Both the position numbers and the translations under genes were made by a program. The notes under the pieces were generated by a model. The model was given only the letters and a program-made list of their open reading frames with translations, had not been told where the DNA came from and made no database searches. From contig CAZSIH010000001.1 in NCBI GenBank assembly GCA_964606925.1, forward strand, positions 1-60,416: a stretch of 60,416 bases of DNA, given 5' to 3'. Origin of the DNA: an uncultured bacterium. Its GTDB lineage: Bacteria > Fidelibacterota > Marinisomatia > Marinisomatales > AB-629-J13. Below, one piece after another: positions 41,399 through 50,590 of the stretch (positions within the stretch are counted from its first letter, which is position 1; each line of letters starts with the position of its first letter).

Positions 41399-43252
41399 TT
41401 ATGTTGCCCCTGCCCGTTCTGTATTTACCTCAGATTCCAATTCTTCAATAGATAAATCTGCTATGCGCCTTAATTCTGAACTTGGATCACCCCGCAACAC
41501 CTTTTTAATATCCATTGAACCATCGTCGTTTTTCTTAACAATAACATTATATTTCAACCACTCATCCTGTTCTCCGGGGAAATCCACCCGTGTATGTGCA
41601 CCTCGGCTTTCTTCCCGCATTAAAGCAGATCGAGCAACAGCTTCGGAAGTTATTAAAAGGTTTTGTAAAGCAATAGCCTCATGCCAACCAGGATTAAACT
41701 GACTGGCACCATCCGCTTTCACATTATTGTAAGTCTCCCAAAATTTTGTGAGGTTTTTTATTCCATCTGTTAGTAATTCCTTCGTCCGGACGATGCCCAC
41801 ATTATTTTGCATTAATTTTTGAAGTTTTTCATGAAGCAAATAAGGGTTTTTTCCTGTTTCTCGATTAAGAATATCTGTAGCACTTTTGATAATCGTTTTA
41901 ATTTGTTCTTCATAAGACTTAGGCATTTTTTCATTTGATTGGACATATTTAAATGCCCCTTCACCAGCGAGTTTTCCGAAAACAAGTAAATCCGAAAGGG
42001 AGTTTCCACCTAAACGGTTTGCGCCATGTACACCCCCGGAACACTCACCGCAGGCAAACAGTCCAGAGACAGTTGTCATTTGTGTGTCTGCGTCTACAGA
42101 TATACCACCCATAAAATAATGAAGTGTTGGACCCACCTCCATGGGTTCTTTCGTAATATCTAACTCTGCGAGAACCTTGAACTGGTGGTACATGGAAGGG
42201 AGTTTTTGTTTGATGTCATCCTCGTTTCGTTGGGTAGCAATATCCAGAAAAGCACCACCATGAGGTGACCCTTTTTCTGCCCTTACCTCTTTTCGAATGG
42301 CTCTGGCAACCACATCTCGTGTGAGGAGTTCCGGAGGTCTTCGAGCATCTTTGTCTCCCTCTAACCACCGTGCCGCCTCTTCTTCCGTGTCTGCTGTTTC
42401 GGGAGCAAATCTTTCCGGGATATTATCAAACATGAACCGCTTACCTTCACTGTTTACCAGAATGCCTCCTTCCCCCCTGACTCCCTCAGTAACTAAAGTT
42501 CCCCTCACAGATGGAGGCCAAACCATTCCGGTAGGATGAAATTGAGTGAACTCCATGTCCATCAATTCTGCCCCGGCTTCATAAGCCATACCATATCCGT
42601 CACCTGTGTATTCCCATGAATTAGATGTGATCTCCCAACATTTTCCTCCTCCTCCTGTAGCAAGAATAACGGCTTTTGCTTTAAAAATAACGAAGGCACC
42701 GGAATCTCTCCACATACCAACCATACCGGAGATACGGTTCCCTGATTTCAATAAACCCAAACCGGAACATTCCATATAAATTTCAATCCCCTGATGAACC
42801 CCCTTATCCTGAAGAGTACGAATGATTTCAAGTCCTGTACGATCGCCAACGTGTGCTAGTCGGGGATACCGATGCCCACCAAAATTTCTCTGATTGATAA
42901 GACCCTTTCCTGTTCTATCAAAAACAGCTCCCCATTCTTCCAGCTCTCTTACTCTATCTGGAGCTTGTTTTGCATGGAGTTCCGCCATCCGCCAATTGTT
43001 TAAAAATTTCCCCCCCCGAATTGTATCCCGAAAATGGACCTTCCAGTGATCTCGGGAATCTACATTTCCAAGTGCTGCTGCGACACCGCCCTCTGCCATG
43101 ACTGTATGCGCTTTTCCCAACAGAGATTTACATATCAACCCTGTACTGATTCCACGCATGGAACACTCAATTGCAGCTCGAATGCCAGCCCCCCCGGCCC
43201 CGACGACAATTACATCGTGTTCTATTGTTTCAATTTCTGAAATGTCCAGCAT
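41399..43252 (-). CDS. sdhA: Succinate dehydrogenase/fumarate reductase flavoprotein subunit
   Basis: VIVVGAGGAGIRAA. Covalent-FAD His context GKAHTVMAEGG. ESRGAHTRVDFP near the C-terminus. 617 aa. Confidence 0.92.
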   Translation of the reverse strand: MLDISEIETIEHDVIVVGAGGAGIRAAIECSMRGISTGLICKSLLGKAHTVMAEGGVAAALGNVDSRDHWKVHFRDTIRGGKFLNNWRMAELHAKQAPDRVRELEEWGAVFDRTGKGLINQRNFGGHRYPRLAHVGDRTGLEIIRTLQDKGVHQGIEIYMECSGLGLLKSGNRISGMVGMWRDSGAFVIFKAKAVILATGGGGKCWEITSNSWEYTGDGYGMAYEAGAELMDMEFTQFHPTGMVWPPSVRGTLVTEGVRGEGGILVNSEGKRFMFDNIPERFAPETADTEEEAARWLEGDKDARRPPELLTRDVVARAIRKEVRAEKGSPHGGAFLDIATQRNEDDIKQKLPSMYHQFKVLAELDITKEPMEVGPTLHYFMGGISVDADTQMTTVSGLFACGECSGGVHGANRLGGNSLSDLLVFGKLAGEGAFKYVQSNEKMPKSYEEQIKTIIKSATDILNRETGKNPYLLHEKLQKLMQNNVGIVRTKELLTDGIKNLTKFWETYNNVKADGASQFNPGWHEAIALQNLLITSEAVARSALMREESRGAHTRVDFPGEQDEWLKYNVIVKKNDDGSMDIKKVLRGDPSSELRRIADLSIEELESEVNTERAGAT

Positions 43253-44097
43253 TAGGATCCCCAGGTGTTAAGATCAATCCACTGACCGCTGGAAACCATG
43301 CGGACGTAAATATCAGAAAACGCAACCCAAACCATGCTTATCCATGCCCAGAACATATGACGCCCATTTAGCAACGAGACACCTTTCCAAAGCCTGTATC
43401 GGATTGTTGGATTTCCCTTTGGACAGGTAAGGCAATCTTTATTTCCACCAACAAGGTGCCTAAAGGCATGACAACCAAAAGTATACCCGGCGAGCAAAAC
43501 AGGGTTTATTAATAGAATAATTGAACCAACCCCAAAACCAAACACACCACCCCTGAAAAGCGACAAAATCCCATCATAAGTAAGTATAACAATAATTAAA
43601 AGAGCAATGTAAAGGGTATAACGATGGAGGTTCTGAAAAACGAAAAGAGCGGTTTCTCCCTTATATTTTTTTCTTGGAATTCCTGAAACGGCACATGCCG
43701 GGGGTGTTAAAAAATAGGCTCTGTAATAAAATTTTCGATAATAATAGCAGGTCATCCTGAATGATAAAGGTCCCGCCAGTATTAATATTGCAGGGGTAGC
43801 AGGAATAAGCTTGGGCCACCACCCGGGCCAGGAACCAAACCAAGCATGATCAATGGGCGCTGAACCGGCAGCACTTTGTTTAATGAACAAGAGGGGCGAA
43901 TAAAAAGGAGAAAGATATCCTCCAAATCCATCCTGAAAGGCACTCCACCAATAATAATTGCCCTGTAGCATTGCCCATGTTGTGTAAACAACAAAGGCTA
44001 AAAACCCCAAACCTGTCCATATAGGCTCTATCCACCAACGGTCATTTCTGTCCGTAGACATAAAACCCGCATTTGTCTGAATATTAAAATTTGTCAT
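43252..44097 (-). CDS. Putative membrane anchor subunit of the SDH/FRD operon (non-canonical, about 5 TM)
   Basis: 281 aa and hydrophobic. Its TAA stop overlaps the sdhA ATG (TAATG), giving C-A-B gene order. Contains GCHAFRH..DCLTCPKG. The assignment rests on context and topology only. Confidence 0.5.
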   Translation of the reverse strand: MTNFNIQTNAGFMSTDRNDRWWIEPIWTGLGFLAFVVYTTWAMLQGNYYWWSAFQDGFGGYLSPFYSPLLFIKQSAAGSAPIDHAWFGSWPGWWPKLIPATPAILILAGPLSFRMTCYYYRKFYYRAYFLTPPACAVSGIPRKKYKGETALFVFQNLHRYTLYIALLIIVILTYDGILSLFRGGVFGFGVGSIILLINPVLLAGYTFGCHAFRHLVGGNKDCLTCPKGNPTIRYRLWKGVSLLNGRHMFWAWISMVWVAFSDIYVRMVSSGQWIDLNTWGS

Positions 44098-44204
44098 TTT
44101 AATTGGTGATGATTAATTTATGCAGATAAGAAGACTTATTATAAATGTAGTTAAAATTAGACTAAATATCAGATTAATTAAAAGTAAATGCATTTTACAA
44201 TTTA

Positions 44205-44621
44205 TCAAACTCTTCCTGCTAAAACAGCCCCAAGGTGACTTCCGTAAAAAAGCAATCCCACTGCACAGGCACCAAGTGTAAAATACGCGATTGTTTTATT
44301 TAGAGGTTTGGGTATTTTTTTATACAATCTCCACCTCCAAACAATCATGATCGTAAATAATAATACTGACAATAATTGAGTAGATCCGTGTGTATCAAAA
44401 ACAGGAAACGGGTTTTCAAAATGTCCATATTCCCAGTCGGAAATAAAGCCAGTGAGTATAGTAAAGAGGGAAGAAACCATTCCCAGACAAAGGTTCCACC
44501 ACCCTACAGATTCAAATTCAGCTTTTTTAAAAACGACAGATAAAATATCAAAGAAATATCCGACAGAAAGAAGTGCAATGGGAAAATGAACAAATAAGGG
44601 GTGTACTTCAGTTAATTCCAT
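44205..44621 (-). CDS. DUF2231 family membrane protein
   Basis: 138 aa with 4 predicted helices. N-terminal HPLFVHFPIALL is the DUF2231 hallmark. Confidence 0.6.
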   Translation of the reverse strand: MELTEVHPLFVHFPIALLSVGYFFDILSVVFKKAEFESVGWWNLCLGMVSSLFTILTGFISDWEYGHFENPFPVFDTHGSTQLLSVLLFTIMIVWRWRLYKKIPKPLNKTIAYFTLGACAVGLLFYGSHLGAVLAGRV

Positions 44622-45077
44622 TTAGCCATCATGGTTTAATTTTATAGAGCCGTAAATACTTACCATTAACAATAAAACAATTCCATGAGTAAGCCACAAA
44701 AAGGGTGTTTTGGGGATGAAAAAATATTCGATACAATATAATCCTGCAAGAATAATAACAGTTGAGAAATGTAGGCTGTTTCGGGCTAATCGAGTCCCCA
44801 TTTTTGTCACTAAAACGTAAACAGAAATCAGCAGTCCGATTGACACCAACCACCAACCGAAAAATCGATACATTAATGTTAAATAAGCAGGCAGATGTTG
44901 GTTTACCTCTTGAGTAAATAGAGTTTCGTAGCTCACTCTCAAAAGGATTTCATTTGCTTTTTTATCCAGTAACCAAGGCTCACCTATTGTTACATAAATC
45001 ACACCTAAAGATAATGCACTTATTCCAATAATGAACATTGGAATCCAAGTCAGATTATGATAACCCTTATCATCCAT
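44622..45077 (-). CDS. Hypothetical 4-TM membrane protein
   Basis: 151 aa. Its stop directly abuts the start of the DUF2231 gene. I recognise no motif. Confidence 0.4.
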   Translation of the reverse strand: MDDKGYHNLTWIPMFIIGISALSLGVIYVTIGEPWLLDKKANEILLRVSYETLFTQEVNQHLPAYLTLMYRFFGWWLVSIGLLISVYVLVTKMGTRLARNSLHFSTVIILAGLYCIEYFFIPKTPFLWLTHGIVLLLMVSIYGSIKLNHDG

Positions 45078-45195
45078 TGGTTAAACTTAACACTGTATTT
45101 CAATGAAGACAAAAACGAATCCGTTTTAAGATTATAATTATATGTTTGTTGTAATTTATAACAGGAAACACTATCTTATTTACTGTAAAGAGAAT

Positions 45196-46020
45196 ATGAC
45201 GGAACGGAAAAAAATACAGACAGTGAAAGGTATTCAAACAACAGATGGTGCCGGAGTGAACATTATCAGAGTCATTGGATCACCGGAACTAAACATGCTG
45301 GATCCATTTTTACTTTTGGATGAATTTGGGAGTGACAACCCGGATGATTATATTGCCGGGTTTCCTTCACATCCTCATCGTGGCTTTGAAACCATAACCT
45401 ATATTCTGAAAGGGAAATGGCACCATAAGGACTCTGCAGGAAACGAAGGGCTTTTAGGAGATGGTTCTGTCCAGTGGATGACTGCCGGAAAAGGAATTAT
45501 TCATAGTGAGATGCCTATTCAGAAGGATGGTCTCGCCCGGGGATTTCAATTATGGTTAAACTTACCAAAACGATTGAAAATGATAGAACCAAAATATCAA
45601 GATATTCCAAAAGAGAAAATCCCTGTCGTTGAGGTTCCGGGCGGAAAGGTGAAAATAATTTCAGGTACTTTCAATGGGACAGAGGGACCCGGAAAATCGC
45701 ACACCGGATTCCTTTATTATGATATTCATCTTGAACCCAAAACATCCATAACTATTCCGGTTGAAGATGGGTGGAATTGTTTTAGTTATATTTATGAAGG
45801 AAGCACAGAAAGACCCGAGAATGGCTTTAAAGGAGAATTGCAGGTTTATGAACAAAAAGGATTTATTGAATTTGTTACCGGTGAAAAAGGACTTAAAACT
45901 ATTTTGGTTGCAGGGGAATCATTAAATGAGCCTGTGGCTCGGGGAGGACCTTTCGTAATGAACACCAAGGGAGAAGTACTTAAAGCGTTTGAAGATTATC
46001 AAAATGGAATTTTAGGGTGA
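45196..46020 (+). CDS. Pirin family protein
   Basis: Cupin metal motif FPSHPHRGFETITYIL. I prefer the ATG at 45196 (MTERKKIQTVKG). The ORF-track start at 45142 adds 18 atypical residues. Confidence 0.85.
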   Translation: MTERKKIQTVKGIQTTDGAGVNIIRVIGSPELNMLDPFLLLDEFGSDNPDDYIAGFPSHPHRGFETITYILKGKWHHKDSAGNEGLLGDGSVQWMTAGKGIIHSEMPIQKDGLARGFQLWLNLPKRLKMIEPKYQDIPKEKIPVVEVPGGKVKIISGTFNGTEGPGKSHTGFLYYDIHLEPKTSITIPVEDGWNCFSYIYEGSTERPENGFKGELQVYEQKGFIEFVTGEKGLKTILVAGESLNEPVARGGPFVMNTKGEVLKAFEDYQNGILG

Positions 46021-46057
46021 AATGTCAACATCTCCACATAATGTATTTTAGATTATT

Positions 46058-46786
46058 TTATTGTGATTGTTTGTGAACTGCCTCACTACAGACCCATTGA
46101 AACAGCTTTAACTGATCTTCATCATCTGTCATAATTTCCGGATGCCACTGAACGGCAATAAAAGAATCTGGGTGTTCGCTATCTTCCACAGCTTCAATTA
46201 GTGAGTCCGGAGCCTTACCTGAAACAGAAAGCCCCTGTCCTAAACTTTTTATACCCTGATGGTGTGTGCTGGCAACTTTAATTGTACGCTTTCCAATTAC
46301 AGAATAAATATGGCTGGCTTTTTCCAGTTCCACATCGTGATAGGAAGCGTCTCCGTTGAATTCACCATGGTCAACAGACGTTTTTGTCAGCGTTTTCAAA
46401 TCTTCATATAAATTGCCTCCGTAAATGATATTTATGTGTTGAATTCCGGCACAGATACTTAAAATGGGTTTATGTAAATGTTTCATAATTAGAAATATAT
46501 TTCGGTCAAATAGTTCTCTTTTTGGCAACATTACGTCATCATCAAGAAGATCAGGATTCCTACCTCCATACACATTACAAGGCAGATCTGGTCCGCCAAC
46601 CATTACAAGTCCGTCAATGCTATCTGCAGACTCATTTATATTTTCTTCGTCCAGAGGATAATGGAGAGTTACAGGAACACCTCCTGCTTTCCAGACAGCA
46701 TTGTAATACTTTTCTCTGGTTGCATTCCAAAAAGAATCTTTGTAACTAAAATAATACGGGTTTATTCCAATCAGGGGTTTTTTCAA
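46058..46786 (-). CDS. Class I glutamine amidotransferase-like gamma-glutamyl peptidase (peptidase C26, PuuD-like)
   Basis: Nucleophile elbow ILSICAGIQHIN, plus STHHQGI and VQWHPE motifs. Confidence 0.8.
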   Translation of the reverse strand: MKKPLIGINPYYFSYKDSFWNATREKYYNAVWKAGGVPVTLHYPLDEENINESADSIDGLVMVGGPDLPCNVYGGRNPDLLDDDVMLPKRELFDRNIFLIMKHLHKPILSICAGIQHINIIYGGNLYEDLKTLTKTSVDHGEFNGDASYHDVELEKASHIYSVIGKRTIKVASTHHQGIKSLGQGLSVSGKAPDSLIEAVEDSEHPDSFIAVQWHPEIMTDDEDQLKLFQWVCSEAVHKQSQ

Positions 46787-46802
46787 AAAGAACCTCTTTC
46801 CT

Positions 46803-48113
46803 TTATTTTAGATATTTTTTTTGTAAACATGATGTAAGGTTATCTCCACTTTCTTTGAATGAATCTTGAACCCTCAAAGCATAGGGTCGTTCTAATGCTT
46901 TATCTAAAAATGGCTTCAGAAATTTTCCTTCGGACTTTATCCCGAAAAAATTAATCCGCTCTTCTAATCCCTGTATTGCATAGTCAGAAATAATTTTGAG
47001 CCACCTCCCACAGGAAATTCCTTCAGGTCCAACCTGAGTTAAATCCAGAGTTTCTACCGATTTATTTAGGGAAATTCGCTCTTTTAGTGTCCATTTACTC
47101 ACCCTTTTAAAGAGGGTTTTCCGTACACGTTCTGCAGTCAAAAGTCCGCACCAGAACGTGGCCGGTGCCAGCTCATATCCAAAAGGAGGACGATCAGCCC
47201 CACGAACTTCTAAGACATGCTTGAATCGTACATGGGTAAAAATCTGGTGCAGTGCTGATTGAATATGTTCAGGTAATAATTTTTTCCTGTCGTTCAATGA
47301 ATTCAACCACTCTCCCAACAGTCCTTCATAGCCCGTTACCTTTGAATAGTTATTGAGAATAAAAATCGCCGGGACGCTTAATAAGTAGTCAATAAAAGAT
47401 TCAATCAAATTTTGACTCTGACTCATTCCATGATCAAATAAATTCCCGCAACGAGAATTATCGGTGTTGTTCCAAATTTTAAGACGATAATTGGTTTTTT
47501 CTGTACATTTTCCGCCAATAAAAGGAACATGTGAAAACAACAAAAAACAAAATGGCTGAAGGCAATCAGCGACAAAAGCCATTTCTTCGCCATCGTTTTT
47601 ATCGGTCATGTCAATATTTACCTGAACACTTGCAGAATTTCTCATCATCCAATGCCCACGGCTACCCAAAGATTTAAACCGGTCATTCATGAGAAGATAC
47701 TTTTTTATGTCAATTAAATCAATTTCCATAGGGAAATAGATAGGTTCAAGCGCCAAATCAATTGGGAACAAACCATGCTCCCTGCACAGTTTTTCAAGAC
47801 ATTTAATATGAATATTCCATTGGGAATTTATATCATGTAGAGACACAAAGGGGGAAGATGCCCACTCAAGTTGTCCCCCCGGTTCTAATGAGTATGTACT
47901 TAGACACTTTTCGTTTTTCTGTGATGAGGTAAGATCATTTATTAGATCTTGAGCAGAATATCTACTTCCCAAATTCACAGGAATACGCTTCAACTGGTTA
48001 TCGTAAAAAATTGTCTCGATTTCAACGCCAATCCGTCTTTTTGTAGGAGGTTGAAGATTAGATAAAACAGTATCCAGAATTTTTATCTTCAGAGAATTAT
48101 TAGAAAAGCTCAT
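46803..48113 (-). CDS. gshA: Glutamate-cysteine ligase, plant/proteobacterial (GCS2-type) family
   Basis: RIGVEIETIF, YSLEPGGQLEWASSP, ASVQVNID, LQPFCFLLFSHVPF.GGK, KIWNNTDNSRCG and LEVRGADRPP..LAPATFWCGLL mirror the conserved blocks of plant-type GCL. Confidence 0.75.
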   Translation of the reverse strand: MSFSNNSLKIKILDTVLSNLQPPTKRRIGVEIETIFYDNQLKRIPVNLGSRYSAQDLINDLTSSQKNEKCLSTYSLEPGGQLEWASSPFVSLHDINSQWNIHIKCLEKLCREHGLFPIDLALEPIYFPMEIDLIDIKKYLLMNDRFKSLGSRGHWMMRNSASVQVNIDMTDKNDGEEMAFVADCLQPFCFLLFSHVPFIGGKCTEKTNYRLKIWNNTDNSRCGNLFDHGMSQSQNLIESFIDYLLSVPAIFILNNYSKVTGYEGLLGEWLNSLNDRKKLLPEHIQSALHQIFTHVRFKHVLEVRGADRPPFGYELAPATFWCGLLTAERVRKTLFKRVSKWTLKERISLNKSVETLDLTQVGPEGISCGRWLKIISDYAIQGLEERINFFGIKSEGKFLKPFLDKALERPYALRVQDSFKESGDNLTSCLQKKYLK

Positions 48114-48651
48114 TTTTTAACACCAATGTTTTCTCTACCATTCTTTGAATGGATGTTTCGGGATTTAGTTCGGCAATTTTTTCAATGGGAATCCATGCCA
48201 CATCATGGGACTCACTACTTACGACAATAGTTTCATTCACCGGGTCAGCTTCAAATAAAAACCGAACATCGTAATGTGTATGGACGGATTCGCAGTTTCT
48301 CTTTGGAATATCGTGAATATCCAAATCAAATATTTTTTTAGTCACAACCCTGAATTGTTCAAACCCGGACTCTTCTTTAACTTCCCGGAGAGCCACTTTT
48401 AGTAAATAACTTTCACCATCAGCATGTCCTCCCATTTGTAGCCATTTACCTATTTTTTTATGATGTGTCATGAGTATTTTACGTTTATCGGGACTCACAA
48501 TCCATCCCGAACCGGTGAAATGCCCATTTTTATTATCAGTTGAAAAAACATCCTTTTCATCCCTAAGGAAATTTAACATTTCATGAGGAGCTTTTTCAAA
48601 CGGATAATCACACATATAAACTTCAATCAATTTTTCTAATGGTTTAATCAT
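48100..48651 (-). CDS. NUDIX hydrolase
   Basis: Nudix box GGHADGESYLLKVALREVKEESG. Confidence 0.8.
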   Translation of the reverse strand: MIKPLEKLIEVYMCDYPFEKAPHEMLNFLRDEKDVFSTDNKNGHFTGSGWIVSPDKRKILMTHHKKIGKWLQMGGHADGESYLLKVALREVKEESGFEQFRVVTKKIFDLDIHDIPKRNCESVHTHYDVRFLFEADPVNETIVVSSESHDVAWIPIEKIAELNPETSIQRMVEKTLVLKNELF

Positions 48652-49661
48652 TTGCTTGACTCCATTTTGGGGTCAAAATAATCTCTCAAACTGTCACCAA
48701 TAAGATTGAACCCCAAAACTGTCATGGCAATTGCAACTCCCGGAGCGATGGAAATCCAGGGAGCTGTACGGATAAAATCTTTTCCTAAACTGATCATGGA
48801 ACCCCAGCTTGGGGTGGGAGGTTGTGCGCCTAATCCCAAAAATGACAAACTTGCTTCAGTCAAAATTGCAGACCCAACACCAAGCGTGTAGGTTACAATC
48901 ACAGGTGAAAGACAGTTGGGAAAAACATGTCTCCATAAAACTCTCCCTGAATTCATTCCCATAGTACGAGCTGCTAAAACATATTCCTGTGTTTTAACAG
49001 AAAGAACCTGCCCCCGAACTAGACGGGCAATACCTGGCCAGGTAACAAGCCCAATCGCAATAAACACCACCATAAGGCTTGGTTCAAAAATGGCAGTAAT
49101 TGCAATCAGGAATAGAAGAACGGGAAAACCAAACATGATATCGGTTACACGCATTATTAAGGTCTCTATATGTCTGCCAAAATAGCCTGCAATTCCCCCC
49201 AAGAGTACACCAATCAGCATGGAAAGGGTGCTGGCACAAACACCAACCGCAAGGGAAATCCTGGCACCGTAAATTATTCTTGAAAAAACATCCCTGCCAA
49301 ACTGATCCGAGCCTAAAAAAAACGTAAATGAATTTATCCACTCTTTTTCAAGTTTTTCATTTGGAAGAAAAAATTCCCTTTCGATAAAATCTGTATAGTG
49401 TACACCAATCTCTGTCTTTGTGTAAGAATGTACAGCTACAGACTGCACAGGCAGGTATTTTCTGTATCGAAAATATATAACATTTCCTGTAAATCCTGGT
49501 TGTTTGTTTCTAAATTCTAAAATTTGAGTATTAGGAGAGACAGGAGAAATGTGAGGAGCAAACAATCCGGATATGATTAAAAGACAAACAAAACCACCTC
49601 CTAAAATGACAGGGAAGGACAACAGTCCTTTTAAGGATTTTACTTTATCATTTTTTCCCAT
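48648..49661 (-). CDS. ABC transporter permease (OppC/DppC/GsiD type)
   Basis: 337 aa and 6 TM. The N-terminal extension plus binding-protein-dependent transport inner-membrane domain is typical of peptide/nickel ABC permeases. Confidence 0.85.
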   Translation of the reverse strand: MGKNDKVKSLKGLLSFPVILGGGFVCLLIISGLFAPHISPVSPNTQILEFRNKQPGFTGNVIYFRYRKYLPVQSVAVHSYTKTEIGVHYTDFIEREFFLPNEKLEKEWINSFTFFLGSDQFGRDVFSRIIYGARISLAVGVCASTLSMLIGVLLGGIAGYFGRHIETLIMRVTDIMFGFPVLLFLIAITAIFEPSLMVVFIAIGLVTWPGIARLVRGQVLSVKTQEYVLAARTMGMNSGRVLWRHVFPNCLSPVIVTYTLGVGSAILTEASLSFLGLGAQPPTPSWGSMISLGKDFIRTAPWISIAPGVAIAMTVLGFNLIGDSLRDYFDPKMESSK

Positions 49662-50590
49662 CAGGCGGAACTTTCTGCTCTAATTCTTGGATCAATAATT
49701 CCATATAAAATATCGACAACAAGGTTTACACAAATAAACATCAATGCCATAAACAAAACAGTTCCTTGGATGACAGGAAAATCCCGCTTCAAAATAGATT
49801 CCAGAGCTAACCTCCCAACTCCTGGCCAACCAAATATGGATTCAGTGAGCACAGCCCCAGATAAATAGCTTCCAAAATCTGTTCCTATAACCGTCAAAAC
49901 AGGAATCAACGAATTTGGCAGGGCATGTTTCACCAAAACTTTCCACCAAGGTAGTTGTTTTGATTGTGCAGTACGAATGTAATCTTGGCTTAAAGTATCC
50001 AGCATCGCAGATCGGGTAAGACGTGTAATTTGAGCGGCAGAGCGAAGCCCAAGGGTAAATGCAGGAAGGATAAGGAATTCCAACCCTCCGTATCCCGTGG
50101 GAGGAAGCCATCCTAAATAGACTCCGAAAATCAGAACAAAAACCAATCCGGTCCAGAATACAGGAGCAGAAATCCCAGCTAAAGATAAGACCATTATTGT
50201 TTTATCAATCCACGAACCGGGAACAAGAGAAGTGCCCATCCCAAGAGAAACCCCGATTAAAACAGCAACTGTCATTGCACCCACAGCAAGGATAAAAGTG
50301 TTAGGGAATTTATCTAATATTTCTTCAATAACAGGTCTGCCTGTAATGAAAGAATGTCCTAAGTCCCCACTGAGAACATCACCCATAAATATTCCCATCC
50401 TCACCATTAACGGTTTGTTCATGTTTAGCTTTTCCCTCATAATTTCTACCGTATTTTCATCATACCTTTCTCCAACCATAGATAATACAGGATCTCCCGG
50501 AAGAACAACCATTAGCATAAACGAAATGAACAGCACACCAACGATGACAGGAACAGCTTGAAGGACTCTATTGAAAATAAATTTACCCAT
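49661..50590 (-). CDS. ABC transporter permease (OppB/DppB/GsiC type)
   Basis: 309 aa. N-terminus MGKFIFNRVLQAVPVIVGVLFISF and C-terminal DILYGIIDPRIR are typical of OppB/DppB. Confidence 0.87.
   Translation of the reverse strand: MGKFIFNRVLQAVPVIVGVLFISFMLMVVLPGDPVLSMVGERYDENTVEIMREKLNMNKPLMVRMGIFMGDVLSGDLGHSFITGRPVIEEILDKFPNTFILAVGAMTVAVLIGVSLGMGTSLVPGSWIDKTIMVLSLAGISAPVFWTGLVFVLIFGVYLGWLPPTGYGGLEFLILPAFTLGLRSAAQITRLTRSAMLDTLSQDYIRTAQSKQLPWWKVLVKHALPNSLIPVLTVIGTDFGSYLSGAVLTESIFGWPGVGRLALESILKRDFPVIQGTVLFMALMFICVNLVVDILYGIIDPRIRAESSA

Noticed and set aside
44184-44198. Imperfect palindrome GTAAATGCATTTTAC (TyrR-box-like) between the DUF2231 gene and the sdh anchor gene
   Set aside because: The half-site spacing is off by one relative to TGTAAA-N6-TTTACA. 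It is AT-rich and imperfect, and I cannot distinguish it from chance in this composition.
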